Shown: positions 1 through 12,053 of the stretch, piece after piece
Layout of the letters: every line of letters starts with the position of its first letter
Position numbering within the stretch: the first letter of the stretch is position 1
Origin: Rebecca billardiae RCC1528
Lineage: Eukaryota; Protista; Haptophyta
Direction of reading: 5' to 3'
Assembly: GCA_965240325.2 (NCBI GenBank)
Contig: OZ251236.1
Location: forward strand, 496,001 to 560,000
DNA length: 64,000 nt
Made by a program: the position numbers and the translations under genes
The notes under the pieces: model-generated
What the model was told of the DNA's origin: nothing
The model's input: only the letters and a program-made list of their open reading frames with translations
The model's database searches: none

Positions 1-284
1 AGGTCGCTGGCTGTCTGTGTGGCCCGGCTCCCCGCCTGATCGTTCGGCGGCGCGACGACATCATCTACTGTCTTCGCCGCGTCGCCCCTCATGCAATATG
101 GTCTCTTGCTCTCGCCGCTGTCGCGTCAACCCGCACGCTTCATCGTTCTGCTCGCCGCGCGTCGCGATCGATCGTATATATATAGTGTTAGCATCAGTGA
201 CGATCGACGAATCATCGTCATATACGTACATCGACATCGTCGCTGCTGATGACATCGCGCGTCGCCAATATAAATATATGTGTA

Positions 285-2242
285 AACTTTTCTGAGGATA
301 GCGCACCAGCAAAATCCCTTGACCGCCATCCGGATTTTACGGAGGCCGCGTTTGGACGCAGAAACGCGCGATGGCGAGGCCCGCCCTCGCACCACCGCTC
401 TCGCGAGATCGCGACCGTGCGACCTGCGGCGTTGCGCTCGAGACGCTCTTTCTGCTCGGAGGCCGCGAGGTCTCCCAGGTGCGCCAGCTCGCGAGCGCGC
501 ACCTTCCTCCTCGCCGCGCTCGCCGAGCACGAGCCGATCTGCAGCAGATGTGCAAGGAGCCGCATGTGGCCTTCCTCGCGCGCGCGGCACGGCTGCACAC
601 GAAAATCGTTAGAGGGCACTTCTCCGCGCATTCTACATTTTGGGGAAAGAACGCCTGAACTGCACAAAAAGTGCCCTCTAACGCTTCCGCTCCTCGCCGT
701 TGCGTGCACGCGCAAAGGAGCACTGCAAAGGGTGCGACTGGGAGCATTCCTTCTCCCGGGCGGCCACCACGGCCTCGGAGGTGGTGAGGATCGCGTCGGC
801 GACCACGGCGTGGACCACCTCCGTCGCGCCGGACACTCCGGTCGCCCCTCGCCGGACTCCATCCTCGCTGCGCGCTGACCGTTTGCCGAGCGGGCTGCCC
901 CCGCCGCCTGCCCGGCGTGTGCCCGCGTGGTGACACAAGATGGTCGAAGGCGTGGCAGCGCGGTGGTGCGTGCGATCGGGGGACCCCACCTGAGCTACGA
1001 CACGGGCGCGCGCGCTCATCCGTGCTCATCACGGTGGTGCACGCGCGCGTCGCGCGCTCGCCGGCTGTCGCGCGCTGACGGCTGGGCTGCTTTGGGGTGT
1101 CGGCGGCGGCCACAGCTCGCTGGTACGGGCGCGATGGTGGCTGCGAGTGGTACGCGGCGTTGCACCAGGTCCATGTGCGTCACGCACGACGCTCGGCCGG
1201 CTCGCCCTCGGACCATTGGCTGAGTTCTACTCGCCGCGCGCGCCGCGCGCGGGAGCAGCTCGGCAGCTGCTCGAGGCGCAAAGTGCGCCCCGCGCGCTGA
1301 ACGTGGGCACGACGAGGTGGTGCGGCGAGCGTGCGCGGGTGTGTGTGCGTGATGGGCACCCCCATTGCGCTACTTGCCATGCACATCTGCCTCTCGCCAA
1401 GCCTTCGACACGATTGCTGCAAGCGCTGCTCGGAGGCGCGCTCGCGGGCTCGCGCGCGTTTGAATCTGGGCTCGGCGGCGATCGCGTGGACGAGGGGCAG
1501 CGCGGTGCACGGTGGCGGAGCGCGTGCGGAGCGCAGCCTCCACCTCATACACGCTCCATCCAGACACATCGCGCATGCTCGCGCGACCTCCTCGGTCCAT
1601 CACGCGCGCGTGCGCGCGCGAGCAGGTGTGCATTCGCCGGGCGCGTTCACGGCGCGCCGCGTTGGCGCGCGCGCACCGATACCCGTGCGCAGCTCGACGA
1701 GCGAGCGCGGTGTGTTTCGATGCGTATGGGGAGGCTCGAATTTACGCGCGCGCACGCGCCGGCCCTCGCCGCCCCTTCGCTCGCCCACGCCTCATCTGCG
1801 CGCTCGGCGTTTGCAGGCAGCTGCGCATTCTTTCCGACACGTGCGCAAACGAGCAGATGGCGCTGGGCGAGGTCGATTGGTGCGTCAGATATTCGGCAAC
1901 GATCAGGCCCGCGCGTGTGCCGCCACTCGTGCTACTCTCGGCGACCACCTCTGGCTCGGTCGCGCGCACGAGGCTGCTCGCGGCCGAATCGTGCCGTGTA
2001 CCGTCAAGCTGTACCGTGCGCGGCGAGGCGCACTCAGACGTCGGCGTGGGCTGGCATGCGAGGGCCCGGCAGTGCGACGCGTCGATGGAGCATGCTCCGG
2101 ATACGCTTCGGCGCACTTCCCGACGCGCACGAGCCGCTCGAAGGCGCGGAAGGGCGCCCAAACGGGGCAACCGCCATTTTGCGCCACTTCGGCCCGGATG
2201 GCGGTCAAGGGAAATTGCTGGTGCGCTATCCTCAGAAAAGTT
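285..2242. mobile_element. Non-autonomous TIR DNA transposon (Tc1/mariner-type TA target duplication), ~1.96 kb
   Basis: ~49-bp terminal inverted repeats: AACTTTTCTGAGGATAGCGCACCAGC...GACCGCCATCCGG (285-333) and its reverse complement at ~2194-2242 with 2 mismatches. Flanked by TA (283-284, 2243-2244) in TA-rich DNA. No recognisable DDE transposase inside. Confidence 0.8.
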
Positions 2243-2411
2243 TAATCATATATATATATATAAACTCGGCGATGGAGTGATGGGCGACTATGAGGGGGGG
2301 GACGACGGCGAGGAGCGCTGATCCTGGTGTTTGTCTCTGCTGCTCGATCTGCTGCTACAGCTTGCTGACTCTGACGCCTGCCCGTTGCATACCACGTCGT
2401 TAATATATATA

Positions 2412-4055
2412 AACTCTGCCCTGGCGGGCGGGGGGGTCGGCGGGCCGTGCCAGTGCTGTCGCAATATTTCCCCAGCGGGTTCGCGTCTTTTAGCGGATTG
2501 ACGGGCAGGATGACGAATAATAACAATGCGACATACAGATGATGGTGAGCTACCCGACGGCACTGACGAATAATAACGCGACAGATGACTCTGGTGCGAG
2601 CTCACCGACAGTGTGATTGCGCGTGTATTTACGTGCACCCACTGCGCTACTCGTCATCGTGCCGAGCCTTCGACTGCGCGCACGCACTGCCAACTGATTG
2701 CCGTGCGACGGCGGCGTGCTCATGTACGCCTGACGGTGACGGTTTGTTCTTGGAGCTAAACACGAAAACAGTTCAAGTTGTGGCGGAGTGTGATGTCATG
2801 ATTCATTTGTTCAGGTCGTCCGGAAGTTAGTGCATCCTACCGAATTCTGTCTGTCTCTCTGTCTCTCTATGTTGATTTAGCTGAGATCGTGTGTCGCCAG
2901 GATGCCAATGTCCGCACCGGGCACGCGCTCGTCGGCGCTCGCCGCTCCGCGCGCCAGGTCCGGCACTCGCACGTTCGGCGGTATCAGGAGCTCTCGGTGG
3001 TGCGCGCGCGCGCAGTGCGAGAGCGTGTGCCACTCGCGATCGAGGGTGGGCACGAGCTGCTCGAGCAGGCACATGAAGCGCAGCGCATGTGCCACTGGCT
3101 TCACGACGTCGGCCTCGTCCCGCAGCGCCCGTGCCATGGTGGAGGATGGCGCGGCGATCTTGCACGCGCGACGTTGCATCTCTTTGCGAGTGAGCGCCCT
3201 GGAACGGTTGTATCGCGCTGTCGCCTCAGTCGTCGACTCGCGAAGACGCGATTCCTGCCACGGCGGCAGACCCAGCAGGTGCGTGCGGTGCGCCTCGTAC
3301 GCCGCTTTGCGCTGCGCCTCCGTCGCATTGGCCACCGTCGACGCAATGCAGGCCGGACGTGGGTTGAGCGATCTTTGGCCGCGATCGCGAAAGATGATCG
3401 CTACCGGGTCTTGTACGCAAACGGATTTGCATGCGCCCGTTCCTTGAGAAGTTGTGGCACGCGACAGTCCGGTGCGCGGATTCCGGCGATCGAGTTCAGA
3501 AGGCCGCGCCAAATCTTGCGTCGCGTGCGATGGCGCTTCCCGCCCGCGAGACGCCTCGTGATGAGGGCTTTCTCGCACCGAGCCCGACGCGCGACGGTGG
3601 TTCACGCGAGGTGGCTGTCATGCGCAGCGCTTGCTACTATGGCCGGTGCGAGCGCTCGACGTGCAAGTCAGGCGAGGACCGCCCCAGGTCGCACGATCGT
3701 GTCGACGCGCCGAGCGTACCGCTCCAAACGCGTCGATTTCGCCCCCGTTCGACCTGCACGCGAGACGACGAGGGCAGCAATCGCAAATCGGGCGAAAACC
3801 CCCCTCGGGAGTCCTCTCACGATGTCCGCGCCGGCGTTGGATTTGGCGCGCGCCGCCCATGCGCTCCGCGCCATGACGCAACTCTTTTTCGGCCGAGCGT
3901 CCCCAGTGGGAGCTGCGAGGGCGCCCGGTAGTGAGCGAAGCGACCCGGCAGTGAGCGAGGCGATTTTCTTTTCTTTGCGAGGCGATTTTCTTTTTTCTTT
4001 TTCTTTTTCTTATCTTTTTCCCGGGCACTACAAGGGGCGGACCTACGGCCCGCCA
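2412..4055 (-). mobile_element. Helitron2/Helentron-like non-autonomous element, copy 1 (carries ~290 bp unrelated sequence at ~2585-2878)
   Basis: Reverse-complement homologue of 16081-17607 and 17614-19259 with the same termini (5' TGGCGGGCCGTAGGTCCGCC; 3' ACGGCCCGCC...GCCCGCCAGGGCAGAGTT). Flanked by TA runs. Confidence 0.75.
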
Positions 4056-4466
4056 TTATATTCCGATATTATTATTGTCATACTAGTGTCTGCGTCAGCG
4101 CACGTGGACCCGTTAAAGTATTAAGCCGTGAGTCCCTCAACTGAATACAGCTGCTATTGTGTGCTGACGATATATTAGACGACGATATGATGATATAGAT
4201 ATATATATATATATATACTGTTGAATAAGTCATCTGCTTATTATTCAACAGACGACGACGAGTGACTAGCAGCTGACGAGGTTTATTGTCACTCTGACCC
4301 CGCTGCCGTGGCGAACCCGGGCCCGGTCTCCGCGGACAGAGGCATCGATCATGATCAGGCAGCGCGCGCATTCTATAGGTCGCCGGATGCGATCAATCAG
4401 TAGCATATATAGCACTCGCGGTGCCTGAGCTCCCGACATGGCCCTCGGTGCCTGTTCGCACAGCCG

Positions 4467-4543
4467 AGCAACGGCGCTTGGTTCATCGAGCGACAGCCAT
4501 CCACAGCGGTGGTGTGGGCTGCCACTGTCACGGGGCCGCTGCC
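4467..4543 (-). promoter_or_regulatory. SECIS element in the 3' UTR of the DsbA-like selenoprotein
   Basis: On the minus strand: helix I GGCAGCGGC/GCCGUUGCU; core GUGAC...CGAU (non-Watson-Crick quartet); 10-bp helix II AGUGGCAGCC/GGCUGUCGCU; apical mini-stem CCAC-CGCU-GUGG. Lies ~90 nt after the stop codon. Confidence 0.8.
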
Positions 4544-4635
4544 TGGCGCGAAGGGCACGCTGCGTGGTCGCCGCGGGGCGGCTCGTGCTGGCGTGTGCTC
4601 GTGGCCTCTCGGTGCGGATCAGCTGGACGCGGGCG

Positions 4636-5295
4636 CTACGTGCTGCCCGCGGCCTCCTCCAGGATCTCCGCCCACGCATCCGGCGGCTGCGCGCCGGAGA
4701 AGACAGACTTGCCGCCTTCGACGATGAAGTGCGGCACGCCGCGCACGCCGCGGCCAAACTTGCGCATCTGCTCGGTCGTCTCCTCGGCGCACGCGTCCTT
4801 GTTGTCGATCACACTCTGAGCGTCTGGCACGCCGGCGCGCTCCGCGGCGGCGAGGAGGGCCTCGCGAGACGCAGGGTTCTTCTCGCGCGTGAAGTAGTCG
4901 ATCATCAGCTCGTCCGAAAGCTTGCACTGCAGCTCGGAGCCGCCCACCTTCTCGGCGTGTGTGAGCAGCCGGTGGCCGTCCCACGTGTTGCCTGTGTCGC
5001 CCTCGAAGGAGAGCTCGCAGCCAACCTCGCGGAAGCGCTGGCGGATCGGGTTGGTGTCCGACATGATCTGCGCGGCGCGATCGGGGCCAAACTTTTGGCG
5101 GTAGTACTCGCGCTTGTTGATCTCAGGCGGCGTGCTCGGGTTGAGCTGGTAGGGCCTGAATGTCAACTGCACGCGCACGCCCGACTCCTCAGCAGCGCGC
5201 TCAAGGTAGCGCTTGCCGAGGAAGCACCAGGGTCAGACGATGTCGGAGACGACGTCGACCTTGACCACACGCGCAGACGCGAGCGTCGAAGCCAT
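4636..5295 (-). CDS. DsbA/FrnE-family thioredoxin-fold selenoprotein (219 aa; Sec at codon 21, UGA at 5233-5235)
   Basis: MASTLASARVVKVDVVSDIV-TGA-PWCFLGKRYLERA continues in frame into ORF 4636..5178 (PYQLNP...GNTWDGHRL...GVRGVPHF...FSGAQP). The FrnE CPWC motif has its first Cys codon replaced by TGA. Downstream SECIS present. Confidence 0.92.
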
Positions 5296-5639
5296 CACGG
5301 CGAAAGTGCGCTGGCGGATGGTGTCGAGGGGAGAGGGGTGCTGCGACGACCGGCGCCCGCTCACCGCCCGACCGCCGATCCAGCGTCGTCGTCGTCGGCA
5401 GGACCGGACGAAAACGAAAATCTGCGCGCCTCGGCTGACGGCTGAGCAATCTCGAAATCTTCTGGTCATCATGCGCCCATTTATTGGATGCTCCACCGTC
5501 CTCCTCTGATGCTCACCAGTGACGACCAGTTCCCGCTATATATACTTAGTACTTGCCCGCCCGGGCTGAAGGGGTCCCTTGCGCGCTCTGATGACACCAC
5601 ACCGACAGGTCGAGGTGCACTTAATTTGCGCGCGCCGGC

Positions 5640-6650
5640 TTAAGTTGCTGCGGGAGTGGCGGTGCCGGCACCGGGCGGCCCCGCCGGCCCGTCCAAGGCG
5701 AAGGCGCCGCCGGTGACGCGCTGGATGCCACCATCATTTGCCAGCCGCTCGTTGCAGAACGGGCAGCGACGCGTGGCTGACGCGAGCAGGTGCGCGTGGC
5801 ACAGCTCACATACCTGATGCCGATCCTCGGTGGGCCGGTCTGCATGGAGGAGCACGATCGTCCGCGGCCGCTCGAAGCAGATGGCGCACAGATCGTCCTC
5901 AGCCTCTGCGATGCCGTGCTCGACAGCTGCCTGTAGCGCGCTCAGCGTGGCGCGCATGCGCTCGAGGACCTCGCGCTGTACGCGCTTGCGGTCCGGCGGG
6001 CATGCGCCACACCGGCGCCCGATATGCATCCGTGCACCAACCTTTCGTGCCTGGATGGCGCACCACTTGGTGACGCGACGCTTTGCCTGCGCTGTGCTGT
6101 TCGCCGCACTGCCCTCGACGCGTGCCAATCGGAGGCTGCCATGCTCGAGCCAGCCGAGCTCGCTCGATCGGGCGCACAACAGCCTGCGCACGTCGGTCTC
6201 CGAGTAGCCAACCTCGGCAAGCTGCTCCACGGCTGAGTGACACTGTTGAAGCAGCGTCTCGCCGAGCGCGATGACGTGGCGGTTGGCGAGCTTGTACTGG
6301 CGAGTGATCGCATCGCACAACACTTGACGTCCGTCGTCAAGCTCCAGGCCGGCTGCGTGCTGCACGAGGACGAGTGAGGCGGCAAGCTCGTCGATGAGCT
6401 CAGATGACGGCGTCTTCTGCCGCACCAGGCTGAGCTCGGGCTGCACCGGCCGAGCGGACGGCGCAGCGACCGGTTCAGCTGCGCGCGTCGACGTCGACAC
6501 CGCTTCGCGCGTCGATGATGCCCGGGGCGGCGGTTGGTCGGGTCTAACAGGTACGTGCGACGACCCAAACCAGCTCAAGAGCGTCGAGACGAGGCCAAAC
6601 GCGCGGACTAGGAGCGTCAGGGCCACCGTGCAGCCCAATGCCAGCCACAT
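5640..6650 (-). CDS. Membrane-anchored RING-HC-like zinc-finger protein (putative E3 ligase)
   Basis: N-terminal hydrophobic segment (MWLALGCTVALTLLVRAFGLV) and C-terminal CAICFERPRTIVLLH...HQVCELC...RCPFC. Start codon uncertain. Confidence 0.75.
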   Translation of the reverse strand: MWLALGCTVALTLLVRAFGLVSTLLSWFGSSHVPVRPDQPPPRASSTREAVSTSTRAAEPVAAPSARPVQPELSLVRQKTPSSELIDELAASLVLVQHAAGLELDDGRQVLCDAITRQYKLANRHVIALGETLLQQCHSAVEQLAEVGYSETDVRRLLCARSSELGWLEHGSLRLARVEGSAANSTAQAKRRVTKWCAIQARKVGARMHIGRRCGACPPDRKRVQREVLERMRATLSALQAAVEHGIAEAEDDLCAICFERPRTIVLLHADRPTEDRHQVCELCHAHLLASATRRCPFCNERLANDGGIQRVTGGAFALDGPAGPPGAGTATPAAT

Positions 6651-7111
6651 CGTCGCGCCGCCGTCCACCTCGCCGCCAGGCTACCGAATGATGAGCAGCG
6701 GTTGCGGCACCACTCCAGAGCTGACTGCATTTTCATCATGGCTGCACAGCGTCAATGCCCCAGATCTAGAACGGGAGGACTGATCAACATCCGTCCGCTA
6801 ACTCGGAGCCCTTCTACCGCAACAAAGCCGTGCCTTCCCGTTCTACCCACCGCCGACTTGAGGTAGGTATCTACTGCAGTCGCGCTTTTGAGATTGAGCT
6901 GCGCTCAGCCGGCCACTCTTGATCAACTCTGGTGGACAGCTCGGGCCAGTGGCAGGGGAGGCGCCCCACACCATCAAGGCTGCGCCCGCTTGCTCCGAGC
7001 CCTGACGCGCGGGCTCGACACGGGCAGTGGGCACTTGCACGCGGCTGGGTCGGCTGTGCGCACCCGGCTGGACGTCTTCAGCCCCGCCCCTGAGCGGTGC
7101 TCACCCCGAAT

Positions 7112-10100
7112 ATGTCGAGTCGGGGTCTGGTCGCGAACGTGTTCACCTCGCTCACAGGCGAGGGGTTGGAGGAGGCGCAGTCGGCTGCTGACCGCTCCGA
7201 GAAGCAGGGCGCGGTGGAGCGCACGCACAGGCGCAAGCGCCTGAAGCACTTCCGCGTCTTCCTCTTCGTCCTCACAAACTTCGTGCTGCACATCGTCACC
7301 TTTGCGCGCGGCGATCGCACGTTTGTGCTCAATGGCAACATGTTCACGAGCATCGGCATGCTGGGCTTGAGCTTCGTGATCGCGAGTGCGGTGTGGTGGA
7401 CGATGGCGCTGCCGGCGATCATCGTCCCCGGTGGCTTCATCGCGGGCCTCGCCGACAGCATGCGTGCGCAGCGTGCCGCGCGCCGGGCTGGCGACGACGT
7501 CTCGTCGGGCGGCAGCTCTGGTCGGCAGCAGGCGGAGGACGACCTGCGCAGCCGCGTGCGTGAGGCGGCGGAGAAGCAGCGCGCGGCCTTGCGCAGCGCG
7601 TCTGGCGCGTCGGCGACAGCCTCGGCCATGAAGGGCACGGTGCGCGTGATGCAGATCATCTTCCGGCTGTACGACCGCGCCGAGTTTTGGGTGGCGCGTC
7701 TGATGCGCGTCACCTTCTACTGCCTCGCGTACATCGCGTCCACGTACTACATGATCGAGCGCTCGCCGGCGACGGGGCGGTGGGAGTTCGGCAACGTGCC
7801 GACGGGGTACATCCTCGTCAACTTCATCTCGCTCTGGACCACCTTCTTCGACTACACGCTCGAGGTGCTCTCGGGCGGCTGGGGCTTTGTGACGACCGTG
7901 GGCTCACTGGTCGAGCTCGCGACGCAGCCGCCGATCATCCTGCTCATCACGCTGCTCATCCAGGGGCTGTCGCGGCTGCCGCGCGAGGCGATCATCCCCG
8001 ACGTGCCGGAGGGGGAGGACTACGCCGTCGCCGCGACGGTCGGCGAGATGTGGCAGCTCGAGCGCATCAACGCCGACCCTGCGTTCTACCTGCTGCAGTT
8101 TGGCTGGCTGCGCTTCCTCTCGCTGTACCGCGTGAACGCGCTCACGCTGCCGCGCCTCAACGTGCGCTCGATCCGCGTGCGCGTGGCGTCGCTCGGGCTG
8201 GCGGTGCTGTGCATCTTCCTGATCATCGCCGGCGCGATGTTCACGCTCGAGGCGCGGCTCAACGGCGACGACACCTTCGTCAACTACTTCGACTTCTTCT
8301 ACTTTGGTGCGCGCGCCAATACGCGCCGAGCGCGCCGCGCGCGGCGCGCGAATCGTCGCGCGCGTGACGTTGACCGCGCGCCGCGCGCGCGCGCGCGCGC
8401 GCAGCCGTCGTGACGGGCTCGACGGTGGGCTACGGCGACTTCTCGCCGTCCACGCCGCTCTCGCGTCTGATCTGCATCATCGCGATCATGCTCACGCTCA
8501 CGTGGATCCCGGAGGAGATCTCGCAGCTGCAGCAGGCGTTTGCGGCCAAGCCGATCACGTACGGCATCGCGCCTCGGAGGGGCGAGCCGTACGTGCTGCT
8601 GTGCGGCTCGGTGACGCCGTGGCAGCTGCGCATCTTCCTGCGCAACTTCGAGCGCCTCTGGCGCGACTCGTTCTACGTGCCGCCGCAGAAGATCGTCGTG
8701 CTCTCCGAGCTGGGCATCAAGGCGTACGACGTGCACTCGCTCGGCCGCTCGGTGCTGCGCCGGCTGTACGTGCACGAGGGCGACGTGCTGAGCACGCTCG
8801 AGCTGGGCACGGAGGAGACGCCGTTCCAGCTGAGCGACGCGATGCACGTCTTCGTGTACGGCGACTCGGGCGACTCGCTCGCCGAGGACGACTCGCGCGC
8901 CGTGCTGCGCGTGCTCGCGCTGCTCAACTTCACGAAGAAGTGGTCGATCACGTGCATGCTCGGCTCCGCGACCAACCTCACGATGGTCATGAACATGGGC
9001 GTGCACAACGTGCTGTGCATCAACGACCTCACGATGCGCTGGATCGGCAAGACGATCACCGACACGCCGGGCATCGTCTGCCTCATGGCCAACCTGCTCT
9101 CCTCCTCCTCCGAGTGGGGCAAGGCCGACCGCGACTCGGCGCTCGCGCTGTTCGACCTGAGCGACTCGAGCGACGACGAGAGCCTCGAGTACGAGAGCGC
9201 GCCGCCCTCGGTCGAGGCGACGCCCGCGCCGACGCCGCCCGCCACGCCGGGCAGCCGGCGCGCGGCGATGCGCAAGGCGACCACCGCGTCGTCCGAGTCG
9301 CACTCGCGCAAGCTCGGCGGCGCCGGCGCGGGCGCCGGCGGCCGCGCGCGCGCGCCGAAGCGCGACGACCGCAGCGAGTACCTGCACGGCGCGCAGTCGC
9401 AGCTGCTCGTGCACCCGCTGCCGCACTGGGCGCTGCGCCCGCCGCAGCGCGCGTCGTGGCTGTACGAGCAGATGGTGAGCGTGGACGGGATCCAGCTGCT
9501 CGCGCTGCGCGACCGCGACAACATGCACATCTGGCGGTGGGACGACGAGCTGAGGCTGCACGAGCACATGACGGGCGTGTGGATGGCGCGCTCCGAGCGG
9601 CAGCTCGCCGCCTTTTTGCGCTCGCCGCGCCCGCCGCGCCCGTCGCCCGCCGGCGCGCCCGGCGCGGCTAGCTCGCGGCTCGCGTCGGCCGCGCAGGCGG
9701 CCTCGGCGGTCGCGCGCTCCGCGCCGCTCTCGCTCGGCCAGCCGCAGCACGGCGCGCGCGGCGGCGGCGGCGCGCGCGCGCGCTCGATGACGAGCGTGAG
9801 CACGGACGAGCTCGAGGTCGACGTGACGCACGGCGGCGGCGGCGGCGGCGGCGCGCTCGCGCACGGCGACCGCATCGTCGTGTGCGGCTGGCCGCCCGAC
9901 ATCGAGAAGCTGCTCACGATCCTGCTCGAGGGGCCGCACGCGAGCGCGAACGACATCAAGGTGACGCACATCGCGACGTGTCCGTACGCGTCCACGGACG
10001 ACGTCGGCCCGGCGATGCGCCACTTCACCGAGCACCGCGACATCCGGCTGCGCTACCAGCGCGTCGAGGCGAACGCGCTCGACCGCGACGTGCTCAAGGC

Positions 10101-11656
10101 GCACGTGCTGCCGCCCGGGCTGCACTCGGTCGTGATCTTCCCGCACAACCTGCGGCCGAGCGGCGACCCGATGGACGCGATCGTGTGCGCGGCCAAGGTC
10201 GAGTCGATGCTGATGCCGCGCCACTCGGTGCGCGTGGTGGTGGCGCTCTCGTCCACCTCGCACATGCGCTTCGTTGAGCGCTCGAGCTGGTGGCCCGCGG
10301 ACGACGACGTGGTGGTCGGCCACCTCACCTCGCCCACCTTCGCCGCGGGCAACGTGATCGCCGACGAGATGCTCTTCCCGCTGATGATGGGCTGGTCGAA
10401 GGAGGGGCTGATGGAGTTCTGCACGCGGCTGACCGACGAGACGCTCGACCCGGTGCAGCTCAAGCTCTTCGACCTGCCGCCAGACCTCGCCGCGCGCGCG
10501 AGCGCGAGCGCGCCGAGCGGCGCCGAGCGCGGCGGCGGCGGCGGCGGCGGCGCGCCGTCGTCGGCGTCCAAGGGCGCCGGCCGGCACGGCTCGCTGTGCA
10601 ACGGCGCGGCGGCGGCGACGCAGCTCACGCGGTACGCGGCGACGGCGACGCGCGGCCGGCGCGGCACCGCGCACGCGCGCTCGTACCTGACGTACGAGGA
10701 GCTGAGCCGGGAGCTGCTCGCGCTCGGGCTGCTGCCGATGGGGCTGCTGCGCCAGCGGCAGCAGCTCACGGACCGCGCGCTGCGCAGCCTGCCGTACGTG
10801 TACACCAACCCGCCCAACTCGCTGCGCATCCGCAGCACCGACCGCGTCTTTGCGCTCATCAAGAAGAAGGGCATGATCGAGAACACGTCGGTAAGCGCAG
10901 CGCGCGCGGCGCGCGGCGGCCGCGCGCCGATGCCGCCGCCGCGCGCGCTCACCCGCCCGGCGTGCGCGCGCGCGCGCGCGCCCTCCCGCCGGACGGCAGT
11001 CGCGCAAGGTGGTGAGCGCGGCCAAGAACATCCAGCAGGCGTGGCGCGAGCTGCAGTACGCGCGCTGGGAGCACAAGCGGCGCTGGCCGGACACCGCGCC
11101 GTCCGACCACTCGATCAAGCGCGAGAACGACTCGTTTGACGACGCGGCCGGCGGCGCGGTCACCGGCGCGCAGCTCGAGGACGCCCTGGACCGGAAGCTC
11201 GACCAGCGGATGGGGCCGCTCGAGGACCGAGTGCGCGCGATGCACGACGAGCTCGCGCGCCTCTCGGAGCGGCTGCTCGTCGCGGCCGCGGTCTCGCCAC
11301 GCTCGGCGAAGGGCGGCGCCGCGGTCGCCACGCCCGCGCTCGCGCCGCCCGGGCTCAGCGCCGCCGAGCGCGAGCAGTGGCGCCGCTCGGCGCGCGCCGA
11401 AGCGGGCGCGGACCCGTACGACGCGGACAGCGGCAGCGCGCGCGACGGCGCCGCGTCGAGGCGCAGCGCCGCAGGCTCAGCCTCGGCCGCCGTCTCGTCG
11501 AGTGGGCGCGGCGCCAGCCTCAGTGCGCTCATGGGCGGCAGTGCCGCCGCAGGCGCGTCCAGCAACGCCACGCCGCCGCGCCACGCAGTGTCAGCATCCG
11601 GCTCCGCGGCCCTGGCGGCGGCAGCAGGCGACTCAGCGGACTCACGGTGGCGGTGA
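7112..11656 (+). CDS. Slo/BK-like calcium-activated potassium channel (exons 7112-8306, 8405-10890, 11000-11656; 1445 aa)
   Basis: Multiple TM helices; spliced pore FDFFYFAVVTGSTVGYGDFSP; two RCK-like domains (YVLLCG..., RIVVCGWP...); C-terminal LPYVYTNPP...IRSTDRVFAL typical of Slo channels. GT-AG introns 8307-8404 and 10891-10999 restore the frame. Confidence 0.9.
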
Positions 11657-12053
11657 GGCGCTAGACGATATCTATGCTCGCGCCGACCCGCGGTGATCAA
11701 CACCGACGAGATCGTTGTCGACGTTGAGGCGGAGTCTACAGTCTGTCACTTGTGACCCGACGATCCGTGACCGCGCGCGGTCGGGGCAACTGAGTAGCTA
11801 TAGCTTACTACTGTCGAACCTCCACTGTTCACCACTGCAGCCGCTGTACAGTCTACTCAGAATAAGAGACGCACACAGCTCAGGCGGGCGAGATCGACGC
11901 CCGCCAACTGTCACCGCCCATGAAGCCGTCGCCGATGGTAGCGCCGCCGGAAAATTCGTTCAGTAGTTTCTCGTCAGTATCCATACTGGTCACTAGTTGG
12001 TTACCACTGGTAGCATGCATGCGCATTTTCATCATCACGCGGCGGCGGTCATC

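Noticed and set aside
5233-5235. Nonsense mutation / pseudogene in the DsbA-like gene
   Set aside because: The TGA sits exactly at the catalytic Cys position, the rest of the frame is intact and a SECIS is present, so selenocysteine explains it better.
8299-11703. 1134-aa minus-strand ORF (likewise 32618..35386 and 24575..26239)
   Set aside because: Stop-poor antisense frames of GC-rich genes, with Arg/Ala-biased composition and no motifs.
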